Shown: in pieces, positions 1 to 9,084 of the stretch
Layout: every line of letters starts with the position of its first letter
Position numbering within the stretch: position 1 is the first letter of the stretch
Source: Candidatus Poribacteria bacterium
Lineage (GTDB): Bacteria; Poribacteria; WGA-4E; WGA-3G
Length of the DNA: 64,000 bases
Reading direction: 5' to 3'
Assembly: GCA_965242965.1 (NCBI GenBank)
Contig: OZ251518.1
Location: 1,568,001 to 1,632,000 of the forward strand
Made by a program: the position numbers and the translations under genes
The notes under the pieces: generated by a model
The model's input: the letters and a program-made list of their open reading frames with translations, nothing else
The model's database searches: none
What the model was told of the DNA's origin: nothing

Positions 1-763
1 GGGGGCCGTTTTCGCTGATACCCTCTTGGGCTTGCGTGAAGTATTGCCCGGAAAGGAGCAGCGTTGTCGCTGGCGTGAGTTGATATTCGGTGCGCGCCGA
101 GCCGGTCCAGTTGGCGTAACCGTCAATCGTAGTGCCCAGGTCTGCAGCATCCAGATCGATGGGGTCTCGGCGGTTGCCGCTGAGTGTCAAAAGCGCGTTG
201 AGTTTGTCGCGCTTGAATTCAACGGTGCCTCTGCCATCAAAGGTGCTGTTTTGTTCAAAGTTTTGGGATACCTGCACCGAAAAAGGCGAAGTTGCCTTGC
301 GCGTGATAATGTTAATCACACCGCCCAGCGCGGCATTCCCGAAAAGCGATGCGGATGCACCCTTGACAATCTCAATACGCTCAACGTTTTCGATGGCGAT
401 TCTCGCCAGATCGAGTTTACCGGCGATGCGTCCGACTTGCGGTTCACCGTCCATGAGGATGAGCACGTATTCGGAGTCAAGCCCTTGGAGTTGCACGCCA
501 TCGCCGTGGCCGTCGCGATGGACAACGATGCCGGCTTGATGTTCAAGCACCTCTCCGATATTTTCTGCGCCTGTCTCCTCAATCTCGTCGCGCGTAATGA
601 GCGTGGTGATAACCGGCGTATCTTTGAGGCGTTGTGCAGTCTTCGTCGCTGTGACGACAACCGGCTCGATTTCAACGGGGATATCGGTGCTGCTTGCCCA
701 TCCCTGTCCCGTGAGTGCGAGCAAAAATAAAAGGCATTTGCAAACTTCCGGTCTGAAATTCAT
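1..763 (-). CDS. TonB-dependent outer-membrane receptor (CirA/BtuB-like), runs off the window edge
   Basis: Not in the ORF track. Manual translation from ATG 763 (RBS GGAG): MNFRPEVCKCLLFLLALTGQGWASSTDIPVEIEPVVVTATKT...QLQGLDSEYVLILMDG...VERIEIVKGASASLFGNAALGGVINIITRK, a TonB box plus plug-domain motif. Confidence 0.9.
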   Translation of the reverse strand, partial: MNFRPEVCKCLLFLLALTGQGWASSTDIPVEIEPVVVTATKTAQRLKDTPVITTLITRDEIEETGAENIGEVLEHQAGIVVHRDGHGDGVQLQGLDSEYVLILMDGEPQVGRIAGKLDLARIAIENVERIEIVKGASASLFGNAALGGVINIITRKATSPFSVQVSQNFEQNSTFDGRGTVEFKRDKLNALLTLSGNRRDPIDLDAADLGTTIDGYANWTGSARTEYQLTPATTLLLSGQYFTQAQEGISENGP

Positions 764-781
764 AACGTTCTCCTATTAAAT

Positions 782-1082
782 GAGGGTGTTTCATAAATCA
801 ATGTCTTCCCGTTAGGAGAGACCTCCCAGTCTCGATGCCCACCGTATCGGGACAAGGATGTCCCTCCTACCGGGCGCGCACCGGGCCCACCTCTGTAGTT
901 CGGGATCGCCTGATCCCGAATAGGTCAGGATCAGGCGATCCTGACCTACAGGGGTGAGGCGGTTTGAGAGCCAAACGCATGGCGAGGGACAGGCCCTCGC
1001 CCTACGTGAAGGGGAAGCGTTTTTTTCATCGTAGCGCGGGGGCCTGTCCCCCGCGACGTTGAGCGATTTATGAAACACCCTC
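782..1082. mobile_element. Modular MITE-like element, complete, REP-mosaic interior
   Basis: Ends GAGGGTGTTTCATAAATC / GATTTATGAAACACCCTC; interior modules C, F, D-pair, B, A; flanks TATTAAAT / ATTTAGAT (imperfect). Confidence 0.85.
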
Positions 1083-1344
1083 ATTTAGATTCCGAATTTC
1101 CTTGACAATTGCAAGGACAATAAGGTATCCTAATTGATGCAGAAAAGGCGAAGGGCACAGAAACGCGCTGAACAATTAAGCGCGCACAGGCCACAGCACG
1201 TCAAACGGCAGGCGCGAAACAAATCGTCCCTCCGATTTGATGTCCATTAGAAACGTGGGTAACCGTTGCTAACAATTGGCGGTTGGGAGCAGGTTTCCCG
1301 GTTTCTCGCGTCGCTTTTTCTGCTTTTTTGCCGTCCTCCTTTCC

Positions 1345-1701
1345 TCAGTGCACCTTAAAGGGCCCACCGCGCGGTTCCTCCGCGAGTTCGGGACGGGTAG
1401 AATCGAGGAACACCTCGTGGAGTTCCAGTTTGTTCGACTGGGTGAACGCCTCTTTGGGCAGCGAACCCGATTGCGCGTGCCCCTTCCGGAACGCCTCCGA
1501 GTTTACCCAGTTTTCAAAGTCTTTCCGCGATTCCCAGAGCGTGAAAACCACGTAAGGGTCACCGGTGTTGACAGGCCGCAAGACCTGGTTTGAGATAAAC
1601 CCCGGCATCCCATCAACAAGCCGCGCACGATTTCGGAACCGTTCTTCAAACGCGTCCTGATAGTCAGGCGCGACGTAAATGCGGTTTGCAACGGTTATCA
1701 T
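1345..1701 (-). CDS. Antibiotic biosynthesis monooxygenase family protein, IsdG/HmoA-like putative haem-degrading monooxygenase
   Basis: N-terminal Asn (VANRI), FEERF...PGF and WES..F..W..S.AF..GH motifs; Fur-like boxes directly upstream. Confidence 0.85.
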   Translation of the reverse strand: MITVANRIYVAPDYQDAFEERFRNRARLVDGMPGFISNQVLRPVNTGDPYVVFTLWESRKDFENWVNSEAFRKGHAQSGSLPKEAFTQSNKLELHEVFLDSTRPELAEEPRGGPFKVH

Positions 1702-1724
1702 AAACTTTCTCCTTTTAGGTTTAT

Positions 1725-1772
1725 GAAAATGAGTCTCATTATCATAATTAATTGAAAATGAATCTCATTATC
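1725..1772. promoter_or_regulatory. Two tandem Fur-box-like operators
   Basis: GAAAATGAGTCTCATTATC (1725-1743) and GAAAATGAATCTCATTATC (1754-1772), compared with the Fur consensus GATAATGATAATCATTATC. Confidence 0.8.
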
Positions 1773-1827
1773 AATTAACTAACGCTGATTGAACATGTTC
1801 CCGATTCGTATTCGGGAATATGTATAT

Positions 1828-1856
1828 ATGATACCACATGTATCAAAATTTGTCAA
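1828..1856 (-). promoter_or_regulatory. sigma70-type promoter
   Basis: Minus strand TTGACA-17 nt-TATCAT, upstream of the Fur-like boxes and the ABM gene. Confidence 0.65.
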
Positions 1857-1891
1857 ATTTTTTCTCGAAAAATCCGCGAGAAAACGTATGC

Positions 1892-3205
1892 CTATTTCAA
1901 ATGCGTCTCCACCAATTCCCTGCCTGCTTTAAACATGTCATGGATGTGTAGGTACCGGAACAGCGAGCTCCGTCCTGTCAAATACAGATTCTTGAACTGC
2001 TCAAAATAGGCGACTAATTGTGCCACGTTTTCCTCAAAACCCACCTCAAGCACCGGATAGGCGAAAGGGAGTCTATAGGCGCGATAGTCAATAATCTCGT
2101 TTGTGGACAGCGTCGGTTCGACGTGACGTAACGCTTTCCACACCTTGGTTTTCAAGGCTTCCGTTGTTAGTGTCCACACCGCATCGTCGCGGTAGCACGG
2201 CAGTTCCAGCACGATGGCCGTCTGTCCTTCGGGTGCCATGTGCGGGCTGCGATTTTTCGGTTCATACAGACGCGTAAACGGAAACCGCACATCCGGAAAA
2301 TAGAGCGAGGCATTCGGCGAAAACGCGGCGCGTTCCAAACAAAATACGCAGACTACGAGATGCCGATATTTAATCCTATCCGCAAGCGCGCGAATTTCGG
2401 GCGGCGGTGGCGGTGCTAGGATACGGGTTGTCAGCGTCAGCGGCAACGTATTAATTACCGTGTTGGTATGGACATCTAGGTTGTCGTTGAGCACGAGGCG
2501 CGCGATTTTACCATCTCTGTGAATGATACGGCTGACCCGGTGGTTTAGTTTGATGTGTTCCGCGCCAATGAATTTGCACAACTTGTCTGAAATCATCCCG
2601 ATCCCATATTTCGGGTAAAAGAAGGGGCCGTCCAAGTGACGCGGATGCCTGTCTTTGAACAGGAGGAAACTCCGTAAATCCAACCCTTTTAATCTATTTC
2701 CTGCGATAGCGGTGGAGAGATTGTGCGGTGCCTCGCCCCACAATTTTTCGGAATAGTTGAGCAGAAAGCGTTCCGCTAACGTTTTTCCGTATTGGTTAAT
2801 CGCGAATGTCGCAAAGTCGTCTGCCCGAGCGCGAGGTTTAAACGAGACGTTTTCCCATGCGATTCTGCCTAAGGTTCTCGCGTCTAGTTTCTTTGTCAAA
2901 TCGTTCAATGCGAGGGGAAACCGATAGAATTTTCCCTGAAAGAAGATTTCACTCGGCGCGTCTACGCGGAAGAGGGCATCACCGAGGAGAGCCTTAACTT
3001 CCTGAGTTGTTTGTGCGTCTTTATCGTGAAATCGGTGTGCGCCGGTGTCAAACCGGAAGTCGCCTAACCGAAGCGTGCGGCAATTCCCACCTACGTGCGC
3101 GCTTGCTTCATAGATGGAGAAATCCAACCCCCGTTTTTTGGCGTAATACCCCGTTGTCAATCCCGCCGGTCCGCCGCCCAGGATATGTATGTCAGCATTT
3201 TTCAT
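1892..3205 (-). CDS. FAD-dependent oxidoreductase (protoporphyrinogen oxidase / UDP-galactopyranose mutase-like)
   Basis: GGGPAGL Rossmann motif, GG.CRT, FDTGAHRF, C-terminal GRSSLFRY; likely start ATG 3205 (ORF track starts 3250). Confidence 0.75.
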   Translation of the reverse strand: MKNADIHILGGGPAGLTTGYYAKKRGLDFSIYEASAHVGGNCRTLRLGDFRFDTGAHRFHDKDAQTTQEVKALLGDALFRVDAPSEIFFQGKFYRFPLALNDLTKKLDARTLGRIAWENVSFKPRARADDFATFAINQYGKTLAERFLLNYSEKLWGEAPHNLSTAIAGNRLKGLDLRSFLLFKDRHPRHLDGPFFYPKYGIGMISDKLCKFIGAEHIKLNHRVSRIIHRDGKIARLVLNDNLDVHTNTVINTLPLTLTTRILAPPPPPEIRALADRIKYRHLVVCVFCLERAAFSPNASLYFPDVRFPFTRLYEPKNRSPHMAPEGQTAIVLELPCYRDDAVWTLTTEALKTKVWKALRHVEPTLSTNEIIDYRAYRLPFAYPVLEVGFEENVAQLVAYFEQFKNLYLTGRSSLFRYLHIHDMFKAGRELVETHLK

Positions 3206-3219
3206 AACGATTTTTCCTG

Positions 3220-4869
3220 TCAATACACAAATAGCGGAATTTCGGGCCACATCCGATTCACATACGGATTGTGATAAAACAGCTTTTCTGTCTTGGGCGA
3301 GCGGTTCGGCAGAGGGCTGCCAATGACAACAAATTCGGTTTCCAATGCGTTAAGTTGCTCGAGGTCTGCTGCACTTTTAATCGGTATATAGACGGCTTCT
3401 ACCCCTTGCGAAGCGAGGTAGTATTTGATTAGCGGCACAGAGACAATGTGCAGTTTCTCGTTCTGCTGCGCGCGCAGATATTGTTGCACCTGCGCGATGG
3501 CTGTCGGTTTCGTGTGCTGCACGACGAGCGTGAGCGTCACGTAACTATAACAGAGACTAAAGACGATAAGGCATCCGCAAGCAAGTTGAGACAGAAATCC
3601 GCTTTTGCTCTTTTGCGGGACAATGCGGCTGCAAGCGATGGCAATACCGAGCCCTAAAAAGGGTAACATTGGTAAAACGTGCCGACTTTTATGGATAACG
3701 TTCTGCCCCAAAAATATCCACGCGACGTAAAGGACACACCCGACAAAAATAGGATGTTTGAACGCGCCGGTAAGGCGAAACTTGCTGCCCGAGCACCAAT
3801 TGGCGGTAATAATTCCGCATAAGGCAATCGTAGCGCAGCCGGTTATGAGATGTCGGCCCTGCCAATAAAGTCCAAATCCGTCTGCCCACACGCTCTCAAA
3901 AAGTTTTGTTACCCGCATCCACGCGCTCGGATGAGTGGCAATCGTCCCGCCGAAGTCTGAAAAATGCCCGGAGCTCTGTGTTCGCGCAGCGGCGACAAGC
4001 GCGTCCCATCCTGTGATGCTAATCAGCGGAATGAGCCAAACGCCGGTGCCGACAGCGGATGCTACTATCAGTAGCAGTGCCCTTCCGCTCGCGATGCCCT
4101 TAATGCCGCCAGCCTGCCACAACTGTATCAACAGCGCAGGTAGCAATATCGGCAGATACGAGAGCCGCACGCCGAGCAAAATCCCCGCGAGAAAAAATCC
4201 GATGTAGGCACGACGCGAGGTTGCAAGAAAATAGAGACTTGCTAGCATGAACGCAACTCCCATTGCGTCGGGCATGTAGCGGTTGCTCATCAGCCAGAGG
4301 AGCGGATTCATGCATATCACGAAAACCGTTGCAATTCCAACCGGTGTATTCACTCGGATTCCCGCGATTTTGAGCAGCCAATAGCACGTGAAAAAAGTCG
4401 ATAAACCTCCTATCAACGAAAATGCCACAGCATAGCGGCCTGTAACGGCGTAGAGCAATTTGGCGATAAAACAGAAAACCGGATACGCTGGAAAGTGCGG
4501 TTGCAACTTGGCGACATCGTAATCTACCATGCTCAGCGCAAAACGGAGACTATCTAAATCCTCTATGTAATAGATAGTGCTGAGCAGACGAGAACCGATG
4601 CAAATAAGAAGGACGACAGCCCACAGTTTTTTTGTCGTTCCTAGCGGTTGTTCACGTGCGTTTGGACGGGTGACGTTTGTCTTGTCAGGCCGACTTGACG
4701 TTGTCAAGTCTCGCAATCCTTGGAGAAAGGAGGGAAGAAAAGACAACGTCTTTTCGGCCTGATGAGTCAACGGTATCCTCTTTTTTGTTGTTCCTAGCGG
4801 TTGTTCACGTGTGTTTGGCCGTGTGACGTTTGTCTTGTCAGGCCGACTTGACGTTGTCAAGTCTTGCAA
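3220..4869 (-). CDS. Polytopic membrane protein, GT-C/PMT-like glycosyltransferase
   Basis: Many hydrophobic segments, acidic EDLDS loop after the first TM, PHFPAYP and RHVLP motifs; start uncertain because the N-terminus lies in a duplicated segment. Confidence 0.6.
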   Translation of the reverse strand: MQDLTTSSRPDKTNVTRPNTREQPLGTTKKRIPLTHQAEKTLSFLPSFLQGLRDLTTSSRPDKTNVTRPNAREQPLGTTKKLWAVVLLICIGSRLLSTIYYIEDLDSLRFALSMVDYDVAKLQPHFPAYPVFCFIAKLLYAVTGRYAVAFSLIGGLSTFFTCYWLLKIAGIRVNTPVGIATVFVICMNPLLWLMSNRYMPDAMGVAFMLASLYFLATSRRAYIGFFLAGILLGVRLSYLPILLPALLIQLWQAGGIKGIASGRALLLIVASAVGTGVWLIPLISITGWDALVAAARTQSSGHFSDFGGTIATHPSAWMRVTKLFESVWADGFGLYWQGRHLITGCATIALCGIITANWCSGSKFRLTGAFKHPIFVGCVLYVAWIFLGQNVIHKSRHVLPMLPFLGLGIAIACSRIVPQKSKSGFLSQLACGCLIVFSLCYSYVTLTLVVQHTKPTAIAQVQQYLRAQQNEKLHIVSVPLIKYYLASQGVEAVYIPIKSAADLEQLNALETEFVVIGSPLPNRSPKTEKLFYHNPYVNRMWPEIPLFVY

Positions 4870-4872
4870 TCC
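4627..4872. repeat. ~92-bp direct duplication, 153-bp period
   Basis: Copies at ~4627-4719 and ~4781-4872; translate twice as DLTTSSRPDKTNVTRPN.REQPLGTTKK. Confidence 0.85.
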
Positions 4873-4923
4873 CTGTCGAAAGGCGGGAAGACGAAAACAA
4901 CGCCACGCGAACGACGAAAAAGT

Positions 4924-6249
4924 TTACCACCCTTCCATGTTCGCATTGGAAAAGCCGTAGGCTGCCTGCAAGACGCTCTTCGCCCGCTTGTAATCGGCTA
5001 CCTGCGTGTTATAGGCGTTGCTACCGGGCATATCATACATCGGAGAATCCCCCATGATGCCGTGCAACTCCGCCAACTGTCCGTCGTTAATCAGACGGAA
5101 TGGATTATACTGCAACGCCACCGTATACCCCTTCATTTCAGCCCAATGTTTGTTCAAGGCAGTTCGGTTTTCCTCTGCGGTGCCGAGTTTGGACATGTCG
5201 CTCAGGGTGTCGTTGATGTAGTGGACAACCGTCGCGGCGATGACTTTTTCCATGCCGTTTGCGGCGGTTTGCCGATGCGCGCTAATCTCCGCCACTGTGC
5301 CCTGGTTGGCTATCGCCGTCCGCCCTGCGAGGAAAGCCTCGAAAATCTCCTGTGTGAGATTCACACCGGAACCCCCTTTATCGCGCTTCCCCGCGTTTCG
5401 GGAGAGTCCGAAGTTGTATTCCGATTTGAAATCGATGCTGCCATCGCCGTTGGAATCGTAAGTGAAAACGTCAACCGAACCGGCGAGATGCTCATCGGTG
5501 TAGCGGGCATAATCCCTCGCGGCACCGAAGTAACCGAACGCTTCGTCCCAAGCGTGCTCCATTGCAGTATAGGCATCTGTCCCGTTGCGCGCCTCGCTAT
5601 TATCACGCTCAAGCAGCCCATTGAGATACACCCCTGTCGCTTGGTAATAAGGGACGGCACCGATAAGCACCTTGTTAATCATCTGTGTCAGATCTACGCC
5701 GTCATCGGTGGTATAAACCGCCGGGGTGCCGAGTTTATCCGCGTCTTGTGAATTGTCGGCGATAATCTTGAACCACTCACGCACCAAGTCATCCGCCGTG
5801 CGGTTGTAACCGATAGCCGGCTCATCTGAAATTTTGCCGACGAGGTTCTTCCCCGTGGAAATGGAAGAATACTTGTTTTCGAGTGGCGGCAGTGCCCCTG
5901 TCCCCGTGAGCGATGTCAAGTTCATGGCATCGTCATATTCGTAGAACTGGAGCATATCCTGCAGCGTGGCAGGACGCGCGCCATCTTTTCCAAGGCTATC
6001 GGTGAAAGTCTTCAGGTCTTGCAGCAGCAGATTGCGGACTACTTGCCCAGAATAGGCAACGCTGCTCTCACCTGCAGCAAAGCGGCTTTCAAAGACGTAA
6101 GCCTGTGGCACCGCGATGCCTTGCTGCTGTTCGACAAGTTCGTTTGCTGTCTCATCATTATCATCGTCACTCCCGCACGATGCGAGAAATATCGCGGTAA
6201 CGGCGAGTAAGACGGTTAACCACTGCAATTTGTTGGTGAAATTTAGCAT
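4924..6249 (-). CDS. DUF4856-like lipoprotein (imelysin-related, iron-uptake loci)
   Basis: Lipobox LASC, SSVAYSGQ..R and YTAMEHAWDEAFGYFG motifs; RBS AGGAG before ATG 6249. Confidence 0.75.
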   Translation of the reverse strand: MLNFTNKLQWLTVLLAVTAIFLASCGSDDDNDETANELVEQQQGIAVPQAYVFESRFAAGESSVAYSGQVVRNLLLQDLKTFTDSLGKDGARPATLQDMLQFYEYDDAMNLTSLTGTGALPPLENKYSSISTGKNLVGKISDEPAIGYNRTADDLVREWFKIIADNSQDADKLGTPAVYTTDDGVDLTQMINKVLIGAVPYYQATGVYLNGLLERDNSEARNGTDAYTAMEHAWDEAFGYFGAARDYARYTDEHLAGSVDVFTYDSNGDGSIDFKSEYNFGLSRNAGKRDKGGSGVNLTQEIFEAFLAGRTAIANQGTVAEISAHRQTAANGMEKVIAATVVHYINDTLSDMSKLGTAEENRTALNKHWAEMKGYTVALQYNPFRLINDGQLAELHGIMGDSPMYDMPGSNAYNTQVADYKRAKSVLQAAYGFSNANMEGW

Positions 6250-6309
6250 TTTTTCTCCTATCAATGTTATCCCCTAACGGGGTTTTGCGGAAATCGCGCT
6301 TGCTAACAG

Positions 6310-8553
6310 CTACAATCCGCGTTTGATACCCAGAAGCACTTGTCGCCTCGGTCCGATGAGGATACCGGAGCTCAGGTGTGCTTCAGGCTGTCCTGCGTTA
6401 GAATGCAACCGCGAACCGATGTAGACGCGGTCAAAAATGTTTTTGGCAGTGACAAACACCTGCCATCGGTGGGTTAGGTTGTAATCTAAACTCGCATTAA
6501 CAATTGTGTAATTCGGAATAAGTCCGGTATCTCCACGATTGAAAGTCTGCTGGAGATTTTCAAAGTCCGTGAAGACGGTGTCAACGAACCGCATGTCCGC
6601 GCGCACGCGGAACGCGGTGCCAATCTGTTTCGAGATGCCGAGGGTTAAGGTGTGCCGCGGCGCGTAAGGCAGCTCATTGCCGTTCAGCACAACATCAACA
6701 TTGCCAGCGATGGTTGCAGATTTCACAATGCCATCCGTGACTTCTGTCTGAAGATAGGTATAGGCGAGGTTAACATCGGGCAGGATGGAGACAAATTCGG
6801 AGATGCCGACTGTCATTGCCATCTCAATCCCGGAGAGGGTAACCTTGCCTAAGTTCTTGAAAGCAGTGCCGCGTCCGGCTGCAACCAGGTCTTCAACCAA
6901 AATGAGGAACCCGGCAGTCTCAACAGCAAGCCCTGTCACTTCCGAACGAAGCCCGATTTCCATGTTCCAACTTCTTTCAGGTTTCAGATCCAGCCCGCCG
7001 GCATCGACGTTCTGTCCAAAGTTGGAAATCTTAAGCGCGCCGCTGGAAGGTGCCGTGTAGCCGCGATGGATACCCCCAAACAGATTCCATTGTCCCAACT
7101 GATAATTCGCGCCAATACCCGGCAACAAAACAGAGGAGACTTTGTCCGCAAACACCGCCCCACGGAGTCTGTCTACCCGTTCTTGTTTAAACACCTCAAA
7201 CCGCACGCCAGGGGTAACAGTTAGTTTCTGCCATTCCACTTGCTCCTTTGCATAAAGTGCGAGTGCGAGGGTTTCGTAGTGGTGACTTTGTCCGAGAATC
7301 TGCACGGGCTCTTCCGATGAACCGGGGGTGCCGGTGAAATAGACACCGTCGCGTGCATCGGGGGCATCGCCGATTTTCTTGTCGTCAATGAAGCGTTCCC
7401 AGTGAACGCGCGCCCCAATGTCAACATTCCCCAGTCCGCTACCGATTGTGTGTTTGAAGGTATAGTTCCGTTCAACACCACCGACGTAGAAGGTGCGTAA
7501 AATTCCGAAGTTGCTTTTGCCGTTGCCGATTCTGACGAGAGCCCCGGTCTGATAGTAAGGCACCGGTGTCAAATTCCCGGTTTCAAGTGCATCGGGACGG
7601 ACGAAGATATCGTCTTCGCGCCACCACCGCCTGTCAAAGATGCTCGTATATAGCGTCGTGTTGCTTATGAGATTCGGCGTGATTTTATGGGTGTAGATGA
7701 TATCCAAGGAGGTTCGCAACACCCTAAAATTGTCGTCCGCTTTAGGATTGAAATTCGGGTTCGTCCGAAAAGAGTGTTCAGTCAACCCTGTATAGGTAGC
7801 GTTTGAGTTCTCGAAATTGCCGTTAGCTTTGAGGTAAAGTCTCTTGTCCTCACTCAGCCGGAAGCGTGTCTTGAGCGTGCCGTTCACCTGGTCAAACGCG
7901 TTATTTTCCCGAAAGCCGTCTCCGTGTTTATAGAGGAGTTGGATATCGGACAGGACATTTTCTGTCCCCGTGCCTCGCAATTCTGAAAACACGCTGTAGT
8001 ATCCGTTGTTGCCGCTGGTGAGTTGCGTGGTGAATCCGCGCGCGTTGCCCGGCTTCTGCGTGAGATAATTAACGACACCGCCCATCGTTTGGGGCCCAAA
8101 CCGGAGCGCGGCACTGCCTTTAATCACCTCTACCGCGCCGATGCGCTCCGCCGGCGGATTGTAGTAGGCATTTGGATAAATGTAGACAGCGGGTTGGATG
8201 GGGATGCCGTCTTCTAGCAATAACACTCTAGCACTTCGGCGTGGGTTCAGCCCTCGGATGCCGATGCTCAGACGCGAATTGCCGAATCCATCGTCCGCGT
8301 AGCCGTTGATACCCGGCACCCGTTCAAGCAATTCTTGTGTGCCGATGGGACGGATAAGTTCTACGGTTTGCGGCTCCAGCATGCTCATTGTTCCGGTGAG
8401 CCGTCTATGTTGCCGCAGCGATTCGCCGATGATTTCCACCGGCGGCAGAACGACTGCCTCAGAAGTCTCGCGGGTATCGCTTTCTTGTGCTGAAGCCCGC
8501 GCGCCTTGCAGGAGCAGCATCATGAAGCAAACTATGGCGAAAAGTCGATACAT
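6310..8553 (-). CDS. TonB-dependent receptor, FecA-like
   Basis: Signal peptide; plug motifs IGIRGLNPRRSARVLLLEDGIP and IEVIKG-like GAVEVIKGSAALRFGPQTMGGVVNY; C-terminal NIFDRVY barrel end. Confidence 0.9.
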   Translation of the reverse strand: MYRLFAIVCFMMLLLQGARASAQESDTRETSEAVVLPPVEIIGESLRQHRRLTGTMSMLEPQTVELIRPIGTQELLERVPGINGYADDGFGNSRLSIGIRGLNPRRSARVLLLEDGIPIQPAVYIYPNAYYNPPAERIGAVEVIKGSAALRFGPQTMGGVVNYLTQKPGNARGFTTQLTSGNNGYYSVFSELRGTGTENVLSDIQLLYKHGDGFRENNAFDQVNGTLKTRFRLSEDKRLYLKANGNFENSNATYTGLTEHSFRTNPNFNPKADDNFRVLRTSLDIIYTHKITPNLISNTTLYTSIFDRRWWREDDIFVRPDALETGNLTPVPYYQTGALVRIGNGKSNFGILRTFYVGGVERNYTFKHTIGSGLGNVDIGARVHWERFIDDKKIGDAPDARDGVYFTGTPGSSEEPVQILGQSHHYETLALALYAKEQVEWQKLTVTPGVRFEVFKQERVDRLRGAVFADKVSSVLLPGIGANYQLGQWNLFGGIHRGYTAPSSGALKISNFGQNVDAGGLDLKPERSWNMEIGLRSEVTGLAVETAGFLILVEDLVAAGRGTAFKNLGKVTLSGIEMAMTVGISEFVSILPDVNLAYTYLQTEVTDGIVKSATIAGNVDVVLNGNELPYAPRHTLTLGISKQIGTAFRVRADMRFVDTVFTDFENLQQTFNRGDTGLIPNYTIVNASLDYNLTHRWQVFVTAKNIFDRVYIGSRLHSNAGQPEAHLSSGILIGPRRQVLLGIKRGL

Positions 8554-8562
8554 GCCTTCCTC

Positions 8563-8772
8563 CTAAAATCGCTTTGGGTTCCGTGGCTGCGCCTGTGCGC
8601 TGGGCTCTGGATTGCCTTGCGTTGGCTCGTTCACAGGTAGGTTCGTATTACCGTAACTGCCCGTTTCTTCTGTCGCTTCGGACATAGGTGAAAGCAACGG
8701 ATCGCTCTCACATCCAAGCAACACGATACTGCTGGCTATTATGAAGAATAGCACCAAAAGTCTCAAATTCAT
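8563..8772 (-). CDS. Small lipoprotein (69 aa)
   Basis: MNLRLLVLFFIIASSIVLLGC lipobox with RBS AGGA; the longer ORF-track version extends into a repeat element. Confidence 0.65.
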   Translation of the reverse strand: MNLRLLVLFFIIASSIVLLGCESDPLLSPMSEATEETGSYGNTNLPVNEPTQGNPEPSAQAQPRNPKRF

Positions 8773-8795
8773 TGCCAATATCCTAAGGTTTAATT

Positions 8796-9078
8796 GAGAG
8801 TGTTTCGTAAATCGTTTTCCCCGGTAGGAGAGACCTCCTGGTCTCGATGCATCGCGCATGCGAGAGACCGTAGTTCGGGAGCGCCTGCTCCCGAACGGGT
8901 CAAGATCAGGCGATCTTGACCTACAGAGAAGGGCGGCTCGGTCACCGTAGGGCGAGGGCCTGTCCCTCGCCATCGTTCGCACACCCCAACGCTCGCGGGG
9001 GACAGGCCCCCGCGCTACGGGCACATCGAGACCAAGAGGTCTCTCCTACGGTATTGCATCGAAATATGAAACACCCTC
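8796..9078. mobile_element. Modular MITE-like element, complete, 8-bp TSD
   Basis: GAGAGTGTTTCGTA ... TATGAAACACCCTC, flanked by GTTTAATT at 8788-8795 and 9079-9086. Confidence 0.9.
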
Positions 9079-9084
9079 GTTTAA

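Noticed and set aside
26-730. Plus-strand 234-aa ORF
   Set aside because: Antisense shadow of the minus-strand TonB-dependent receptor, which has clear motifs.
812-1084. Short ORFs within repeat clusters (also 14259, 19000, 22894, 38557, 42927, 45052, 53405, 59474 and others)
   Set aside because: Translations of the palindromic modules (RGPVPR, DRPSPY, GETSWSR); no RBS or family similarity.
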